Below are positions 11,201-25,384 of a stretch of 64,000 nt of DNA, in pieces. The stretch comes from Catajapyx aquilonaris. Taxonomy: Eukaryota. The notes under the pieces were generated by a model. That model saw only the letters and a list, made by a program, of their open reading frames with translations. It searched no databases and was not told where the DNA came from. Position 1 is the first letter of the stretch. Each line of letters begins with the position of its first letter. The DNA lies in the NCBI GenBank assembly GCA_000934665.2, contig KZ538224.1, forward strand, positions 186,001 through 250,000, in the 5' to 3' direction. A program made the translations under genes and the position numbers.

Positions 11201-12965
11201 TCGACCCAAGGCAGATCACGAAAAAAAACTCTCGTCATTAGTGTCACCTTCATCTCGCCAGACATTGTGTTATTTCAGAAGGCCTATACTGTTGGGCGGC
11301 ATAATTTGGGAGATTTTGACAAGCCCCGGGGCCTTCTGTGCCCCGCAACATTGACAGGCGCACGAAATGACCGGGAATGGTTTTCGGAGAAGAGAAATTA
11401 ATTTTCGTGGGTGGGTGGGGGTGGGAGGGGGTAGTGATGGATGAGCGCCATAATTGCTCCAAGTGACCATGTTCAGAGGGGACTCGGAAAAAAGTTCCTT
11501 ACCCAGGCAATCTTGGGGGGGTCCCCTTGTCTGCAGAACTTCGCGAATGTTTGCCACGTGACACGAAATCGCTTCGATAATTTGTCGGACGAAAAAAAGG
11601 GACGAAAATGGCATGTAAAGAGAGGAAAGAAAAATTTGGGATTAAAGAGGACAGATAAATGCTTATTTTTCTTTAAAAAAAAGTTGTCAGGACTGAGGTG
11701 GAGGACCGCGAATTTTTATTTGCCAAACTTTTGGGCAACGGGTCATTAGCTTGGTGGAAAAGGAACAACCTCGACGAGATTTTTTTTTTGACAAAGTTGG
11801 AAATAGATTTGAAAGAGTTGTCTAATTTTTTATGCACGAAATTTTGAAAAAATTTCTCTCGAATATTTTGTGAAATATTTTTGCCCGTACAAAAAAACAG
11901 CAAGTAGGTTAATAATCGAGTGAAGATATTTTCGTAGTGAAGAGGAATGTTGGAATATTGTGGGAAAAGTTTGGCTAAATTAGCCTCGTTTTTCTAATAA
12001 TAAATCAGCTTTTTTCCGCGCTGTTGATATATATTTTTGCGAAAGAGTTTAATATTTTTTTAAATAAGTGCAGTGGGCCATTTTTAAAAAGGAGAAGGTT
12101 AAAATATTTATTAACGTGCCACGTTAAGGTCGTGGCAATACTTGTCCGGAAAGACCGTAAAATCGCGACTTTCGCATTTTCCTAAGTGTAAAAATAAGCA
12201 GTACAAAATCGGGTAAGTTACTTTGGATTGTCGGCAGCACCAGCAATCAGTATGATTTCTTCTCGCAATGAAATATTGCGTCATGTATCCTGCAATTATA
12301 ATTATCATTTTTATTCATTACCAACTATTGCCTGTAATTTGAAATTCATTGCAATTCAGAGTAAAACCTAATATTAGCAGCTTATATTAGTGATAACTGC
12401 TAAGAATAGCTGATCAGTTCAGCTCAACGAGACATCTAACTGATATTTTGATAGATGTCCAGAATACATAAGCTAACACGTACTACAATCATATGATATT
12501 AGAGCATAAAATGTGCAAAATTGAAAGGCTTCCTAATTTTTACAATGCTACGAACCCGAATTTATTTCACTTTTTCCTCTTGAAATTTGCCATCGGTTTA
12601 TTGTCTCTTCTTGGCGAAACAAGCATTGCCGGAGCCTCGTAACCTGCGTCACTCTCCAAGTCACACTCACACATGTATGGATAATGAGTACAGTGAGATA
12701 AAAGAGAGTAAGGGGTGAGAGTGAGGGCGATGCATATCTGAAAGTTTAATTTCCGGTGGATTTGGCAGGCATGTCGTCGACGTGTTAGCCGGCAGTCCCT
12801 TCTGATTATGGACAAGTTGAAGCGACGTTTGCATGCTTAAGCGAGTCTTTTAGGGGCCTGGAAATGGATTCTTCAAACCCCATTCGTGCCTTTCGTATTT
12901 CCTTTTTGCAGTTTTCTAAGAGGAGGGAGGTAGGGGTGGGAGGAGGACGGGAAAAAGGGAAGAGG

Positions 12966-12997
<32 letters not shown>

Positions 12998-13489
12998 AAT
13001 GTGCGCAATGCAGTGCTGTGCCAGGGGAGGGAGTCTTATTTTTATTCTTCATTTCCTGGGGATTGCGGCCTGGGTGCATGCATAATTAATAAACAGGAGT
13101 CGGAGATGACAACCCTCCTTCTCAGTGTCGTGTAAAACCCCAGCTGAAAACAACGCTCGCGAAAATGGACCCTGCCTTCGCAGCAGGTTATGGCTATTGG
13201 TCTACGCACCCCTCCGGTGTTGCAGACTTTTATGCGGAACTTCTGCCCGAACTTGGCTCGGTTTAGTTGAGTTACAACGGGCTGTAGCTACGCCAACCTT
13301 ACTGCTTATACGAACAAGGCAGTAAGCAGTAGTGATGGGAGGAAAAAAAGGGGGCAGTCTCTTTAGCTATAATAATATAAAACTGGCAGAACTATTTGAC
13401 ACAGTCTGTTCCTAACGCCGTTACCAATATTGAAACTGCTAAAACTGGAATATTAACAGCCAATTATTAGTAGCAACTCTAAACCCAAC

Positions 13490-13690
13490 CGTTTATATTA
13501 TAGTTATCCTCAGTTATTAATTATATTAGTTATCCTCAGTTACATTGGCTACCATTAGTTGTTATCAATTATTATCTTAGCTATCTTCATGTATCAATTA
13601 TATTAGCTATCTTCATGTATCATATTAGCTATCTTCATGTATCAATTATATTGGCTATTTAATTACATTAGTTATCCTTGCGAATTTTAT
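13490..13690. repeat. Degenerate AT-rich minisatellite (about 21-26 bp unit)
   Basis: TTAGCTATCTTCATGTATCA three times (about 13577-13645) plus variants TAGTTATCCTCAGTTA twice. Confidence 0.8.
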
Positions 13691-16574
13691 TGGCCATTAT
13701 TATTAGTTAATTTTTGCTAGTTATTAGTAATTAATTTATCGGTTAGCTTAGTTTTTCAAATGAGCAGTCCTGCGACCAATGCGCACTTTTCATCTCTAGT
13801 AAGCAGTGACTGCATAGCCGTTATAAGAGCTAACCAGCTGCAGCCAATAATAATAACCTAACGGTTAAGCGGTTATAGTGCTTCTACCTTATGACCTCAC
13901 TTATCTAAACTCTGGAGTACGTATTTGCATTTCAGGCCTCCATACATTACCTAACCTATATAACTTTAGGCCTGTAGCAGTTACAGTTACTCGTCGGTGT
14001 AGTTAAACTCCGGCAATCCAATCCGAGAGCAGGCCCGTCAAAGCCGCTAACTGCTCACACACTTGATTCCCTCGCAGCCCAGCTCTTTATAACCGATTCT
14101 CACAACGCGTGCTCTGTGCTCAAGTTTATGAACAAACGGTATAGTTCTAAAGATGCCTGAACATTGTTTGAGCAGTGGCGGTTGAGCCTTGCAGTTTTGA
14201 GTTAAAACTATACAGGGATGGGGCGGTTCCCAAGTTCCTTCCCTCCTCAGTCCCCCGGATTATACGGTGAAGTTTGTGCTCCACTGGAGCTGACGTCTCT
14301 GGAGAAGCAAAACGGACACGAGCATCACTTGGGCTGTGAATAAACTCGGGGTTTTCTGAAAAGGGAGAGCTGAGGAAATCGGGAAGCCTAACCCTGGAAG
14401 CATTTCCTTTTGAAGCCCCCCTCGATTGTTGTATAGTTCGGATTGCTGAGGATAAGGCCACGTCATCTTTTCACGCAGCCCCCTCACCACCCCCTTAGGC
14501 CAGCTTTGAAAATCGTATGCGCTTATTAAGCAATCCGCCGCCGGGTATTTAATGACCTTTAATGGGGAAAGTTTGTTGGGAGTGGTTTTCTGCAGGAATA
14601 GAAAAGCCTTCTTCTCAATTAGCGCTTGGTAAAGGTGCATGGGATAATGAGCCAGAAGGGTGGGATTGGAGAGCCAAAGAAATTGAGGGGAGCCCTATAT
14701 AAAAATCCCGGATGATCATTTTTTGGGACCCTTGCTGTTTGGCCACAGAATTTAATTGGTCGCGTTTATACTTAGGGGTTGTGCAATACGGGGGGGATTG
14801 GCTAATTACATCTTGACGGCTTCAAGTGTAATTGGGTCGCAAACAGTCCGGTGATTAACCCTGCGTCTCTTTTTTCGCTGCATAACTAAGCCGTGTAATT
14901 GGGTGCTGCCCACGACCCTACACACAATGTGTAACTTAATTTTTGATAATTTTGTAGGATATTGCACTCCGGACGTAACAATGTTAATAAGCAAAATGAG
15001 TATGAAACGCCAGACACGGCAAGCCTTGAAGGTACATTACTCGTACTTACTTTATGCGAGTACAAACAAGACACCTGCAATGTAAATGCAAAGTCGAATT
15101 CTGTTGAATTTTGTGTTTGTTCTGCGGCGTTTCTTGCAGCATAAAAAAACGGGTTGAAAAGTGTCAGGCGGGGGCCGCTTCTGAATGACGACTATGAAAA
15201 GAGGGCAGGTTTAGGTGCCATTTCGCGTCATAGACAGCCCGGCTTCTATAGACTTCAAACAAGCTTGCATATCAGGGTTATACGTCTTCAGACCATAAGT
15301 CGTTTCGATCTCGCTTTTTTTCGTGTCGCGTCATAAAACAGAAGGAGTCAAAAGTGTTGTTCGTCTCGTTTCTGATCGTGTCGCATGTATAGGGTGATTC
15401 CGAAAAAGAAAAAAAACAACTATCTGTATTTTTTCAAACTTGACCAGCAAGGACATGACCTCTCTCAGTGATCATTAAATCCGAGGGGGTTAAGGCATGA
15501 ACTTTTACCCGAATAGTACACAGCAGGAAAAGGAGTTTCAGACGGAATTTTTAATGACGCCACACCTTCCGTGTCCCGCTCTTTATTCTGTAACGACTGA
15601 ATCTGTTAATAATAAGCTCGTTCTCACACAAAGAAAAAGAAAAAGTATCTGCTGCTGGTTGTACAGGGTGCTTCATAATAACTAACTGAAAAGCCAGTCC
15701 GATTTAAATTGAGTTAATAATTAAGCGACATTTTATGTGTCATCATGATGTTAAATAATTGCAACGTTATTCGAGATTCCAACGCCAGCACGACATGACA
15801 GATGGGAAAGTTGGGAAGGATATTGGTAGATGGCGTACGCTGCTCCTTCTCAAATTTGATGCCGGCACGACATGACGAATAGGATTAGAACAAAAATGCG
15901 ATTATTTTGTAGCACATTTTAGCATGCTAAGTACAAACCGGACCAGCTAGTGGGAAGAGGTCCGTATAATTTATTACACCTCGCATGGTCTTGCGCCCCG
16001 GGGCAGGACTCGAGGCAGCGTGAGGAAGAAGAAGCGTCGACTGGTTCCGGGGGACGCCCTCTGGGGACTCTCCCGACCTAATTGACCGCTTGTAAATCCT
16101 CCCTGCGTGACACTAGTTAACAACACTTCCCTGTAATGGGCATCTTTATCGCTCCGCCTTGGCCCATCTCCCAGAAAAGGAGAAGAAGGAAAGGCAAGGA
16201 GAGGCTTTTCTCTCTCTCTCTCTCTCTCTGCTTAACTGTGAGGGTTCGCCAACCTGCTGGCTTTTTAGTCGAGATGTGCTCCACATTTCTGGCCAGTAGT
16301 GGGCTGGAGAAATGGCCAGTAAAGCAGGAGAAAGGAATTCAGGGAGGTGCTTCAGACACTGGGCTGGAGAAGGATCTGATTTTATTTTAACCCGAGAGAG
16401 AGAGGTTGATCTTATCAGCTTAGGGCGCCATTCACTTGTTGGCGAGTCGTTTCAACTAAGGTTTGGAAGCGAGTAAACGGTCGGTTGGCACGGAGTGTTA
16501 AGGTGGTGTTCATATGGTGTGGTTGTCGTTGGTCGTTGTGCCTGTGAGCCTACTTGGAACTAATTTCCATACAC

Positions 16575-16783
16575 GGCGATGGCGACAAAAGAGCGAATCA
16601 AAATTTGCGTCCATATTCATTCTAGCATAAATCAAGTGAAGGCACATTCGATTCGCTCATTTACCCCCCTGGGCTCATGGCGCCACCAGTACGACTCCAT
16701 TGATGCCCATATAGACGGCGCATCACTGCCATTCTCAGGGTGGGGCGAGGGGTAGTGGTACTTCACAGTGTTATTAATGAAAC
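16575..16783. mobile_element. Truncated copy of MITE family 1 with 3' extension
   Basis: Shares GGCG.CAAAAGAGCGAATC, GCATAAATCA.GT.AAGGC and TTCGATTCGCTC...GGCGCCACCAGTACGAC with 31658-31868 and 36998-37272. Confidence 0.7.
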
Positions 16784-17270
16784 AGTTGACACAGTTTTCT
16801 GACAAACTGGTAATATCTCACAATGTTTCTGGCTAATTTTCCGTGGCGTAGAACTATAATCAGCTTCTGGTGTACACTAGTAAGAACAGGAATTACAAGA
16901 GATTCTTCATGCATTTCGATCGGTAACTCTGTGCTAATGAATATTTATTGCGATGCTAGAGCGGCACTTAGCGTGAAAGTGTTTAATGAGAATAATGGGT
17001 CTATTAGTCCGGCCTGAACGGAAGCTTTCACAAAAAAAAGTGAGGCAGAGAGAGGCCTCTTACCTGCAGTTTATTACAAAGTGTTATACCAATTCGCAGT
17101 TTACCGCCGCGCCCACATGAATAAATCTTCATTTAATCCGAGGACATAAATGCTATTTGCCGCTTCGAAAATGGCAATATGATCGCGGCCTGATCTTTTT
17201 AGTATTGGGACGAATGTACAGGGCGTTTCAAAGCGTGCCTTTTGGCGCACTCTGTCCGGAATATTGTGTC

Positions 17271-17348
17271 GAATTTTCGTCCCACTTCTGGTTACTACTA
17301 ACTTAGCAGTGGCAGTGTTGGCAGTATCTAGCAGTGGGACGAAAATTC
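17271..17348. repeat. Short inverted repeat (MITE relic)
   Basis: GAATTTTCGTCCCACT at 17271-17286 and its exact reverse complement at 17333-17348. Confidence 0.75.
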
Positions 17349-18306
17349 CACCCATTTTGTCTACAGATAGTTCTGCAGCGTTTATTTCGGTTTGACTAAT
17401 TTCACCAAACGTTTTTTTTTGTTTGGAAATATTGTCTTTCTATATGCCGACGAGTGTCCAATGAAACGAGCAAATGCAGTGTATGTTTTCTGCTTAATCT
17501 AGTTGTAAATTCGGAATAGAGCGAAAATATTTGCTCATAACGTTCCATTTGTAATCGATTACGTGCATCGTGCAAAACGGGGCAATGCAAGCAATTTTAA
17601 AGCCCCCATTTTAGGGGCAACAGGGGGGTGTTTTGAAGGCGTCGAGTTTAATCGACACGACGTCTCTATAAATTAGTCAAGAGTCACATAGACGGACATG
17701 ACTCCGCCCCATCCAAGTTTACGCCACGGTTAAAAAAGAGTTACGTCGGAATTAAACTGCGGATGCTTAACTCTAAAACGGGGGCAGATACGTACATCAC
17801 ACACAGAGGAAACGAGGCAAAATTTAGTGTTATGAGCTGGCAGACGGTGTCGTAGTTTCGCGAGTAATAAAGCCCAGGGAGCTTATCGTTTGTAATGTGG
17901 TTATTAATCCGGCCTACAAGGCACGTTCCCTCCGCCCACCCTAGAGTTGATAGACTATCCACGTCTTGTCCCGATGTAAAAAGTGAATTTCATGAGGAAT
18001 CCGGCCGGCAATAATTCTCCGGTCTGGGAACAAAGTGGGACCGAAAAAAAATAATAGAATTGTTCCGACGAAGGTCCGGTTTTGAGCGCAGAAAAAAAAA
18101 CCGAGATGGACATGGCAATAACGCTGTAATAATAATTCTGATCCGGATTTTTCAGATCATACAGGTTGGTCCACTGCCCCTGGATTTGTAACTAATAATA
18201 TATTTTACCATAACTAGTTGAACACTGGTCAGCAACAACAGTGACATTCCTTTTTTAACTACGTATAACAGGGGTCGAAATATTGCAAATGTTCAATTTT
18301 AATTTC

Positions 18307-18395
18307 AAAATATTATTATTTGGATTCAAAACTGAGCCATGGAGTGCAAAGTTTGCACTCCATGGCTCAGTTTTGAATGCAAATAATAATATTTT
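18307..18395. repeat. 89-bp near-perfect palindrome
   Basis: 44-bp arms (18307-18350 and 18352-18395), 1-nt centre, single mismatch at 18323/18379. Confidence 0.95.
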
Positions 18396-21300
18396 CTGTT
18401 TTAATATAATCCTGCCTTTTAGCATGGCTAAACTCAGTAGCCTACTTAAAAATTAAGCACTCCAACTAAGCACTCCTGATTTGAAAATAAATAAATTTGA
18501 AATAAATTAAAGTTGCACAAATTTACACTAATATTTATACTGGGGATCGAATTTTACATTTGTGTTGTCCAGGTGCAAAGTAAGCACTCCAGATGAATTG
18601 GTGCCACTTTTATTTATTTATTTATTTACTTATTTATTGAGAAAATTTCATTATGTATTGTAGACAAAATTGTTTTTGAAGTGAATCATCCCTCTGTGGA
18701 GCAGTGTACTTGTGTAATTCACCACCCTGTACCGACTGCATTGGTTTGCAGAGTCATACTCAGCAAAAATGGCAGTGGAATTAATTTCGGATTGGGAAGC
18801 CACCCCATATCCAAACCCCTTTTCCATACAACATGGCAGAGCTTTTTTTTTATTTGTCCTGGGTGCATTGCAATAGTCGTTTTGTTGGGAAGCGTTTGTC
18901 AAAGTGGAGAGAGAGGGGGGACTATCAATAGGGTTTTTCTGCTTTGAATGGGATCCTGATGTGCGGGCAGGTGGTTTTGCAGCATTCGATAGTATTTGAT
19001 TGGAAATTTGACAGTATTTAATATGCGAACTGTGTGAGTGGATTTATTCGAGTGGACCTGTGATCTGCGGCTGGGCGTAACTGCGATGTTACAGCGTTCC
19101 AATTTCCAGTTATGTCAAAACATGGGTTAATATGTGTAAATATTTTATCGGGAGTAATGATAATCATGATGATTTCTCGAGAAAATTTTATTACGCTCAT
19201 CGGTCGGCAATTTTTAAATCATTGGAATCTTGCTACTTTTTTCACTTCCTTAATATCTGCTGTTGACAACAACGATTTTACACAAAAGTAGTGGCTTCGA
19301 CATTTGGCAATGAAATATTTATCGTGTATGCTCATCAACATTATTTTGTACTCTAATTACGCAAGAAAGTATCGAATGTGATCCAGTGACGCTGTTTTAA
19401 TTAAGCCAATTTTCTGGATTTTGAAACTTATAAATTGCCAATCATCTTAGAGGTTTGCACTCGGACTTGAAATGTTAATATATATAATAATAATAATATA
19501 TTGATATCTTGCTTATAACCAGTTGGCGGTCAGTAATTTATTAATATCACTCGCGTTGCAACCAGGCCGAAATTATACACTGGACAGAGCAATGGAGTCG
19601 CGAACCAGAAAATTCGTACTGCCAACACTTTGTTTAAATTTAACCAGACTCATTACATTTATTTTTCTAATGTCAAATAAACAGTCTCCAATGGTGTTTA
19701 ATTGTTTGTAACATTGCTATGTCTGCCCAATCCTATATTAAATGACTCAGCATTAAAACCTTCTAGGGCTACATGTATATAACAATACAGAATGACGAAT
19801 TTCCTAACAAGTATTTATAATATGCGAGCCTCGTATATTTTGGTACATATTATATTTATATGGAGAGCTTTAAAATTTTGATATGTGACCGGTGCAATGT
19901 ATAGGCGATAATTATTTGGAGAGAATGAGGCCCAAATTAACATTTTTGCAGAATATATTCCGACCCGAGGAAAAGTTGATTTAAAGTTGAACCATTCCAA
20001 CCAACCGGGCACTTGCATCATTATGAGTCATGTCCAGACTTATCCATGAGGGTACCGAGAGCAATGAAAAGCACCGGAACAGCCTGTCGCCTTTACGCTA
20101 CCGCATCATCTCTCTCCCCGGATGGGAGCAACCTTTTGTGCATTTACAAACGGGATTATTTTTCGCAGCCCCTTTTTGACGAGCCGTGTTTCATTTCGGC
20201 GTGGTCCAGCACCAGGCAGCTGTTAACAAGCTTTTCAGAGGTGTGCTGCTGCAAAAAGACCTTATGACAACGGGGGAGGGAATGAATATCCCAGAGCTGC
20301 TGGGTTTTGGTGGGGGGAGGAAAAGCATGTGATAGATGATGGCAGCCCCCATTGGCTAGATGGCCGGATTAGATCCCAGTGATTTGTGTGACACTAGTTG
20401 TGGATACTAATTTCCTCTTCCCATTCCTATTACCTGACCACTGGCTCATTCGAAATGATAACGTTGGCGCTTCCCAAACACCCTAATAGTCACACTGGTT
20501 CTCCCCCACCCTTTCATACATCATAGCCAGGAGAGGAATATCCGCAGGATTATGCCTGAAATACATTCGAGGTATACAGCTTGCGGGCTGATTGCAGGAC
20601 GCATAAGTGATTATTTTTTATCAACAAGTCCATGTGCCAACAACAGCATCGCAGTTCCAGTTGATGTACGCGCACGTCCAAAAAAAAAAGTATACGGTAA
20701 ATACTTCGTACGTCCGACCAGCTTCAGGATTGTCGATGGGGGGGCTTGAGGGTTCAGTAATTCCAGTCACAATCCGATACTTAACTAGGAGTTGCATTTG
20801 CTGGGGCAGCTTGAGCATGAGATTACCATCAGGAAATCCATCTGGCGTTAATGCATACGCCAAGGGCTTTCCCAAGACTCGGAAATAATATTCTTATCTG
20901 GCTGTTGAACATAAGCTTAAAGCTTTGGGATGAGGGATGGAATGGGACGAGAGAGAGAGAGAGAAAGGTCCATAATGGCGGCTTTGCGATCGTGTGAAAT
21001 GGACAGATGTTATGGGGAAAATGCGTATCCCCAATAGGGAGGGGTTTATAATTCGTTTCCTTGCTTTTTGCGTAATCACCTTTTTTTCTCATGACAGATG
21101 GATGAGGTTACAAGAGCTGATTCGACCAGAAAGCATATGCTTTTTTTCACATATAGTCTGGGATGGCGTCACACCATTAGTGATGGTCATTACACGGTGG
21201 AATGGATTAATCCACGTACAGGACGGTTAAAAATTATTGCAGGAAAGGACCTACTACTTAGCACCGAAGACATTATCTGGATGTGTCGAATGAGGCTCCA

Positions 21301-22188
21301 GATTCTCCAACCACAAAGCAATCTTGGGGGGACACGCCGGAATTAGTATAGAGACCGGGCCATGGGTTAGTAATGAGGCTTAGCTCCCCGATGTGTGTGG
21401 TGTGCTTAGGTTTCTAAGGCCCAGTTCACGGATCGTGACCATCAAGGGTGGGTCCCTCAGAAGTCATTTTAAGGAGGCTGCATCGATATTCCCTAGCAAG
21501 CTGAGGTTGGCCGAAAAGCAAACCTGTCAGAATTATGTCAAAAGTTGGGGGAGGTGGGGGATGGGGGCTTTTGCATAGCCTTGCCAAAGCGCTCTTGCCC
21601 TTGGTGTACACCATTTACGTCGAAAGTGCATAGAGGGTGTTACGCGCCAATGAACCAACTGAAAGGGACTTGGAGGGGTTGAGGGGTTTTATGTGGGTGC
21701 TGCAGGGAGAGAAGAATCCTGTGGGAAAGTGACGCCGGCGCCTGTGAGCGATTCGAGGGAGAAGCTGCAACGGGAGTCAGAAACTTTGAAGTTATTGCGC
21801 ACGAAAATGGATTGAATTGCATCTTGCAGCTTGAAAGATTAATGGCCCTTTCAAAGTCACTTGCAGGATGTTTCATAAGGTTGCACGTAGCACTTGACTC
21901 CAAAACCATTTCCGTCCAAAATTTCACAAGTTTTGTCCCCAAAAAAGTACAAGTTTGAAACGAGTCTTGCTTAAACCAACAGGGGCCGGTGAAAATTCCA
22001 GCTCACGTTCCTCTCCATAACACATGAATATGCATCGAGATAACCCGTGTTAGCATTGACACTAATTAAAGAGGCAGTAAAGTGCGCCTATTGACCAGAA
22101 AGGGGAGCTACAATAGATTGGGCAGGAAATGCTGTTTATTCTTGCACACGGCTGGCTTGTTATAAATTTCACCATCTTCTCATCGCGC

Positions 22189-22240
22189 ACAGGGTGAGTC
22201 AGAACTGATAGATTGCTCCAACATTTCTGACTCACCCTGT
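22189..22240. mobile_element. 52-bp Tc1/mariner-type TIR-only relic
   Basis: ACAGGGTGAGTCAGAA, 20-nt spacer, TTCTGACTCACCCTGT; right end reads CACCCTG-TA. Confidence 0.65.
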
Positions 22241-25200
22241 ACATTTCTGAACCAACTCGTGAGCACCAGACCCGGCCGAATGGACTAGAATTAATTTTCT
22301 TGGTCTGGAAATTTCCAGCACAATGAGTGCCTCCTTGTCCAGCCTCCCCATTTCTACTAGACCTTTGAATCATCTGACCGTTGTGCTTGACCATGGGTTA
22401 ACCCTAGGTACAGTAAAGCGTAGATGGTGCCCCCGTGGGATCTTAACCCTCTCCCTTCATTCCAACCCAAAATTTCTCTCTGGAAGGAACTGGATGAGTA
22501 AGCTCGCACAATAACTCTTAGCTGGAGAATCGCTGCCCCACGGAATCTCTGGAGAAATTCCTCTGAGCGCAGTATTGTTCAAACAGGTGCATGGAAACAA
22601 ACTTTGACTTTTGGACTGGGGGATGTGTATAGACTGCTTCGGGGCTGTATGCTTGGTAACGATCTTATTGGATGGAGAGGAAAATGGTAATATAATGATG
22701 TAGTCTCCGAAAATTTACATTTCGCATCATTTACCACCAGTAATTTTTCCGCACGGAATTTCCGCACGTCGGCACGTGTAAAATCACATTCTCGGCTAAG
22801 AACTAACGGACCAGATGAAATTAACGCAGGGGTCCAGCCAGATTTCTCTCCCCCACCTCCCAGTTTATGCAAAGTCGAGCTAACTGTAAGTGTCATGCGC
22901 AGTTTGTAAGCTGCACAAACAAGCCGTGACTTGCATACAGCCCAGCCCAAAGGATAACACTATAGGTTACATCATAAACACACGCAGTGGATGGGGACCT
23001 CTGCTCTCAATGACATGTTTGGCCTGCAGAAAGGGCCGCGGTCATGGTAAACACAGGCATGAAGTAAAGGTGATTAGAGGCGTAGGCCAATCTGTTGATG
23101 TTGGATTGATAGAGCAAGATTCAAAGTGAACCACCGAATTCGCTCAATGCTACAAAAACAAGCCCATTTTTTGATCAATCTTCATCGCTAGTGTATAAAG
23201 TATATGATAACATTGAGCTTTTGAGCATAATACATCCCGCATGTCCTTTATGGTCGCAGTGCAAAAATAATGGCAGCAACGGTTTTCATTCGGTTGCGAC
23301 CATGTGAAAGTAACATGTGCGAATTGTGCAAGTTTTCAAGAGAGATCATATCGTGTTAGAAAGATGCATCTGGCTATTGCAGGTTATCCACTGTAATGTT
23401 GCTTCACTTTGTGCCGCTTTTAGTTCGAATAAGGCAGTGCAGTGCAGTGCAACGACTCGTATAATATAGTGAAAAATGTTTTGCAGAAAAGAGCTCCCAA
23501 AAAATTGCAACATATTAATTACGCAAAATGAGTGCGCAAATGGTGCTGATTTTAACTAGGAAAATTAAAGACCGGTTCAGTTCTTAATTTTAATTGCGAT
23601 ATTAATTTTCTGGAGTAGTTTCCCCCCCGGAAATGTCATTTTTGAGCAGTTGCCCCTGCTTGACAGGCAATTCGTTGCACAATTGAGGCTCGTAGGTTAT
23701 CCAGATCTCAGGATAAACATTTCCTATAGTTTTTGTTGGCAATGTCTGCTTTTATTAGCGACTCTTTTCTCACGTATACAACCTGCCAATGCTGCCAACT
23801 CGCCGCCAAAAAAAAAACCCCGGGGCATGTTGGTGTGTAAGGACAGCCCAGTCCTCGTTTCCGGCCCCTTGGAAATCTATGAAATTCTCACCTCGTAAAT
23901 CTCTCAGACGACGTGTCCTCTCACATCATAATGGAGGCCGCTTTTGCCAGGAAGATTCTCGCAGCCATCCGTCCCTATCGCTGTATCTTTAATTTCCTTT
24001 CGTGCATCATTAGCAGTCCTCTTTGAAGGTCCCGGGGCCACGATAACAACTTGCACAAGAGGCAGGGAGTGGATGGAGGGGGGGTAGGAACAACCAGGTC
24101 CTGGGGAAACATTATCGCGAAAAAGTACGACCTAATGAAGCATAATCTGGATGTGGGAGGGGGTGAGGTGGTAAAACCTCCCTCCTCCAATTACCATAAC
24201 CGAGGTGGGAATGTCATCCTCTCTAGTCTAGGCGGCCCCGGAATGAAAACAGAGGCAGCCATCGGCATAAACTCGGAGAGAAAATGGGAAGGTGGGTTTC
24301 CCCCCCCTCAAAATGGAAACTCGTACCTCATTCCAACCACCAATCTACGAGGTGCTTCTCATGTAAGAGTCGACCATTCCTTCACCCATTTTCACCCTCA
24401 GGGTTTGATGACAGATTTGCGAATGATGATCACTTCGCTATAAATCACCCGTCTGACTCATCCTTTTCCGATGGAAGTCAATAAAATCGGTATCGGCAGA
24501 AAATAAATGTGTTAATGTAATTGATAGTTTGAATTTTTTATGGCTTTGGGAGGGATGATTGATGAGGAATGAGGCGGCGTGTATGTGCCGCGTGTGGTTT
24601 GCCTCTATTGGCTGTTTGATGTAAATAAATTGGGTTTGTGGGACGTGGCACTTTATCCAACTGAAAATTGAGAAATCGGATTTGACAAGTATTTTCGAAT
24701 TTTTTTACAACTTTTAAATTGTTGCACTGCCTGCTGGTGCCTGGTATATTCGCAGCAAAGTGATCGCGATGATCGCCAGGCGCGACAGCAATATCACTCG
24801 GCCAGAAAATGTGGCACAATATAAAGTAGCATTAGCATGCTAACATGGAAGTTCCGCCCGTTATAAGCGTCGGTGTAAATCGCTGTTGGCCTTGGAAGGG
24901 TTTTTTTTTTTGCCGGCATATCAACGCGGAACGTGGCAACATGGCCTTAATGCTCTTTTGGCCTCGGAAGGTAAAGATGATGGTTGGAAAGTGCCATAAT
25001 TTCAGGTTAGGATCATTCAATTTTGAGCCGAGATTGAACAAAAGTCTCGAAAGTTTCTCCGGTGACACTCGGTAAATGATTTCCGCACGGAGTACTGCAA
25101 AGTCACAAAGGAAGGGCTCTTTTACTTATCTTCTAGTGCGCCTGGGATGATACTCTTCTTCTTCTTTGGCCTGGCCCACGATATCATCATAACGAAAGAA

Positions 25201-25384
25201 GGATTTATGCGCGAAGATGCGGGACTAAGTGCCAGTCTTGTCATCACTTCAGGTACACTGAGATAAGGCCAGTTTTTGTAAAGGAGAAAATGTTCGACAT
25301 TACTGGGAGGAAAATTGCACCAAATTCTGATAACGACTATAGAGAGGACAGTTATTTTGTGTAGCCAAATAACGTGGCCAAACA

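Noticed and set aside
13490..13690. Repeat array as CRISPR
   Set aside because: Adjacent degenerate units without unique spacers, in a eukaryotic context with no cas genes.
14147..14640. Overlapping 104- and 126-aa ORFs
   Set aside because: No domain resemblance and no consistent splice structure.
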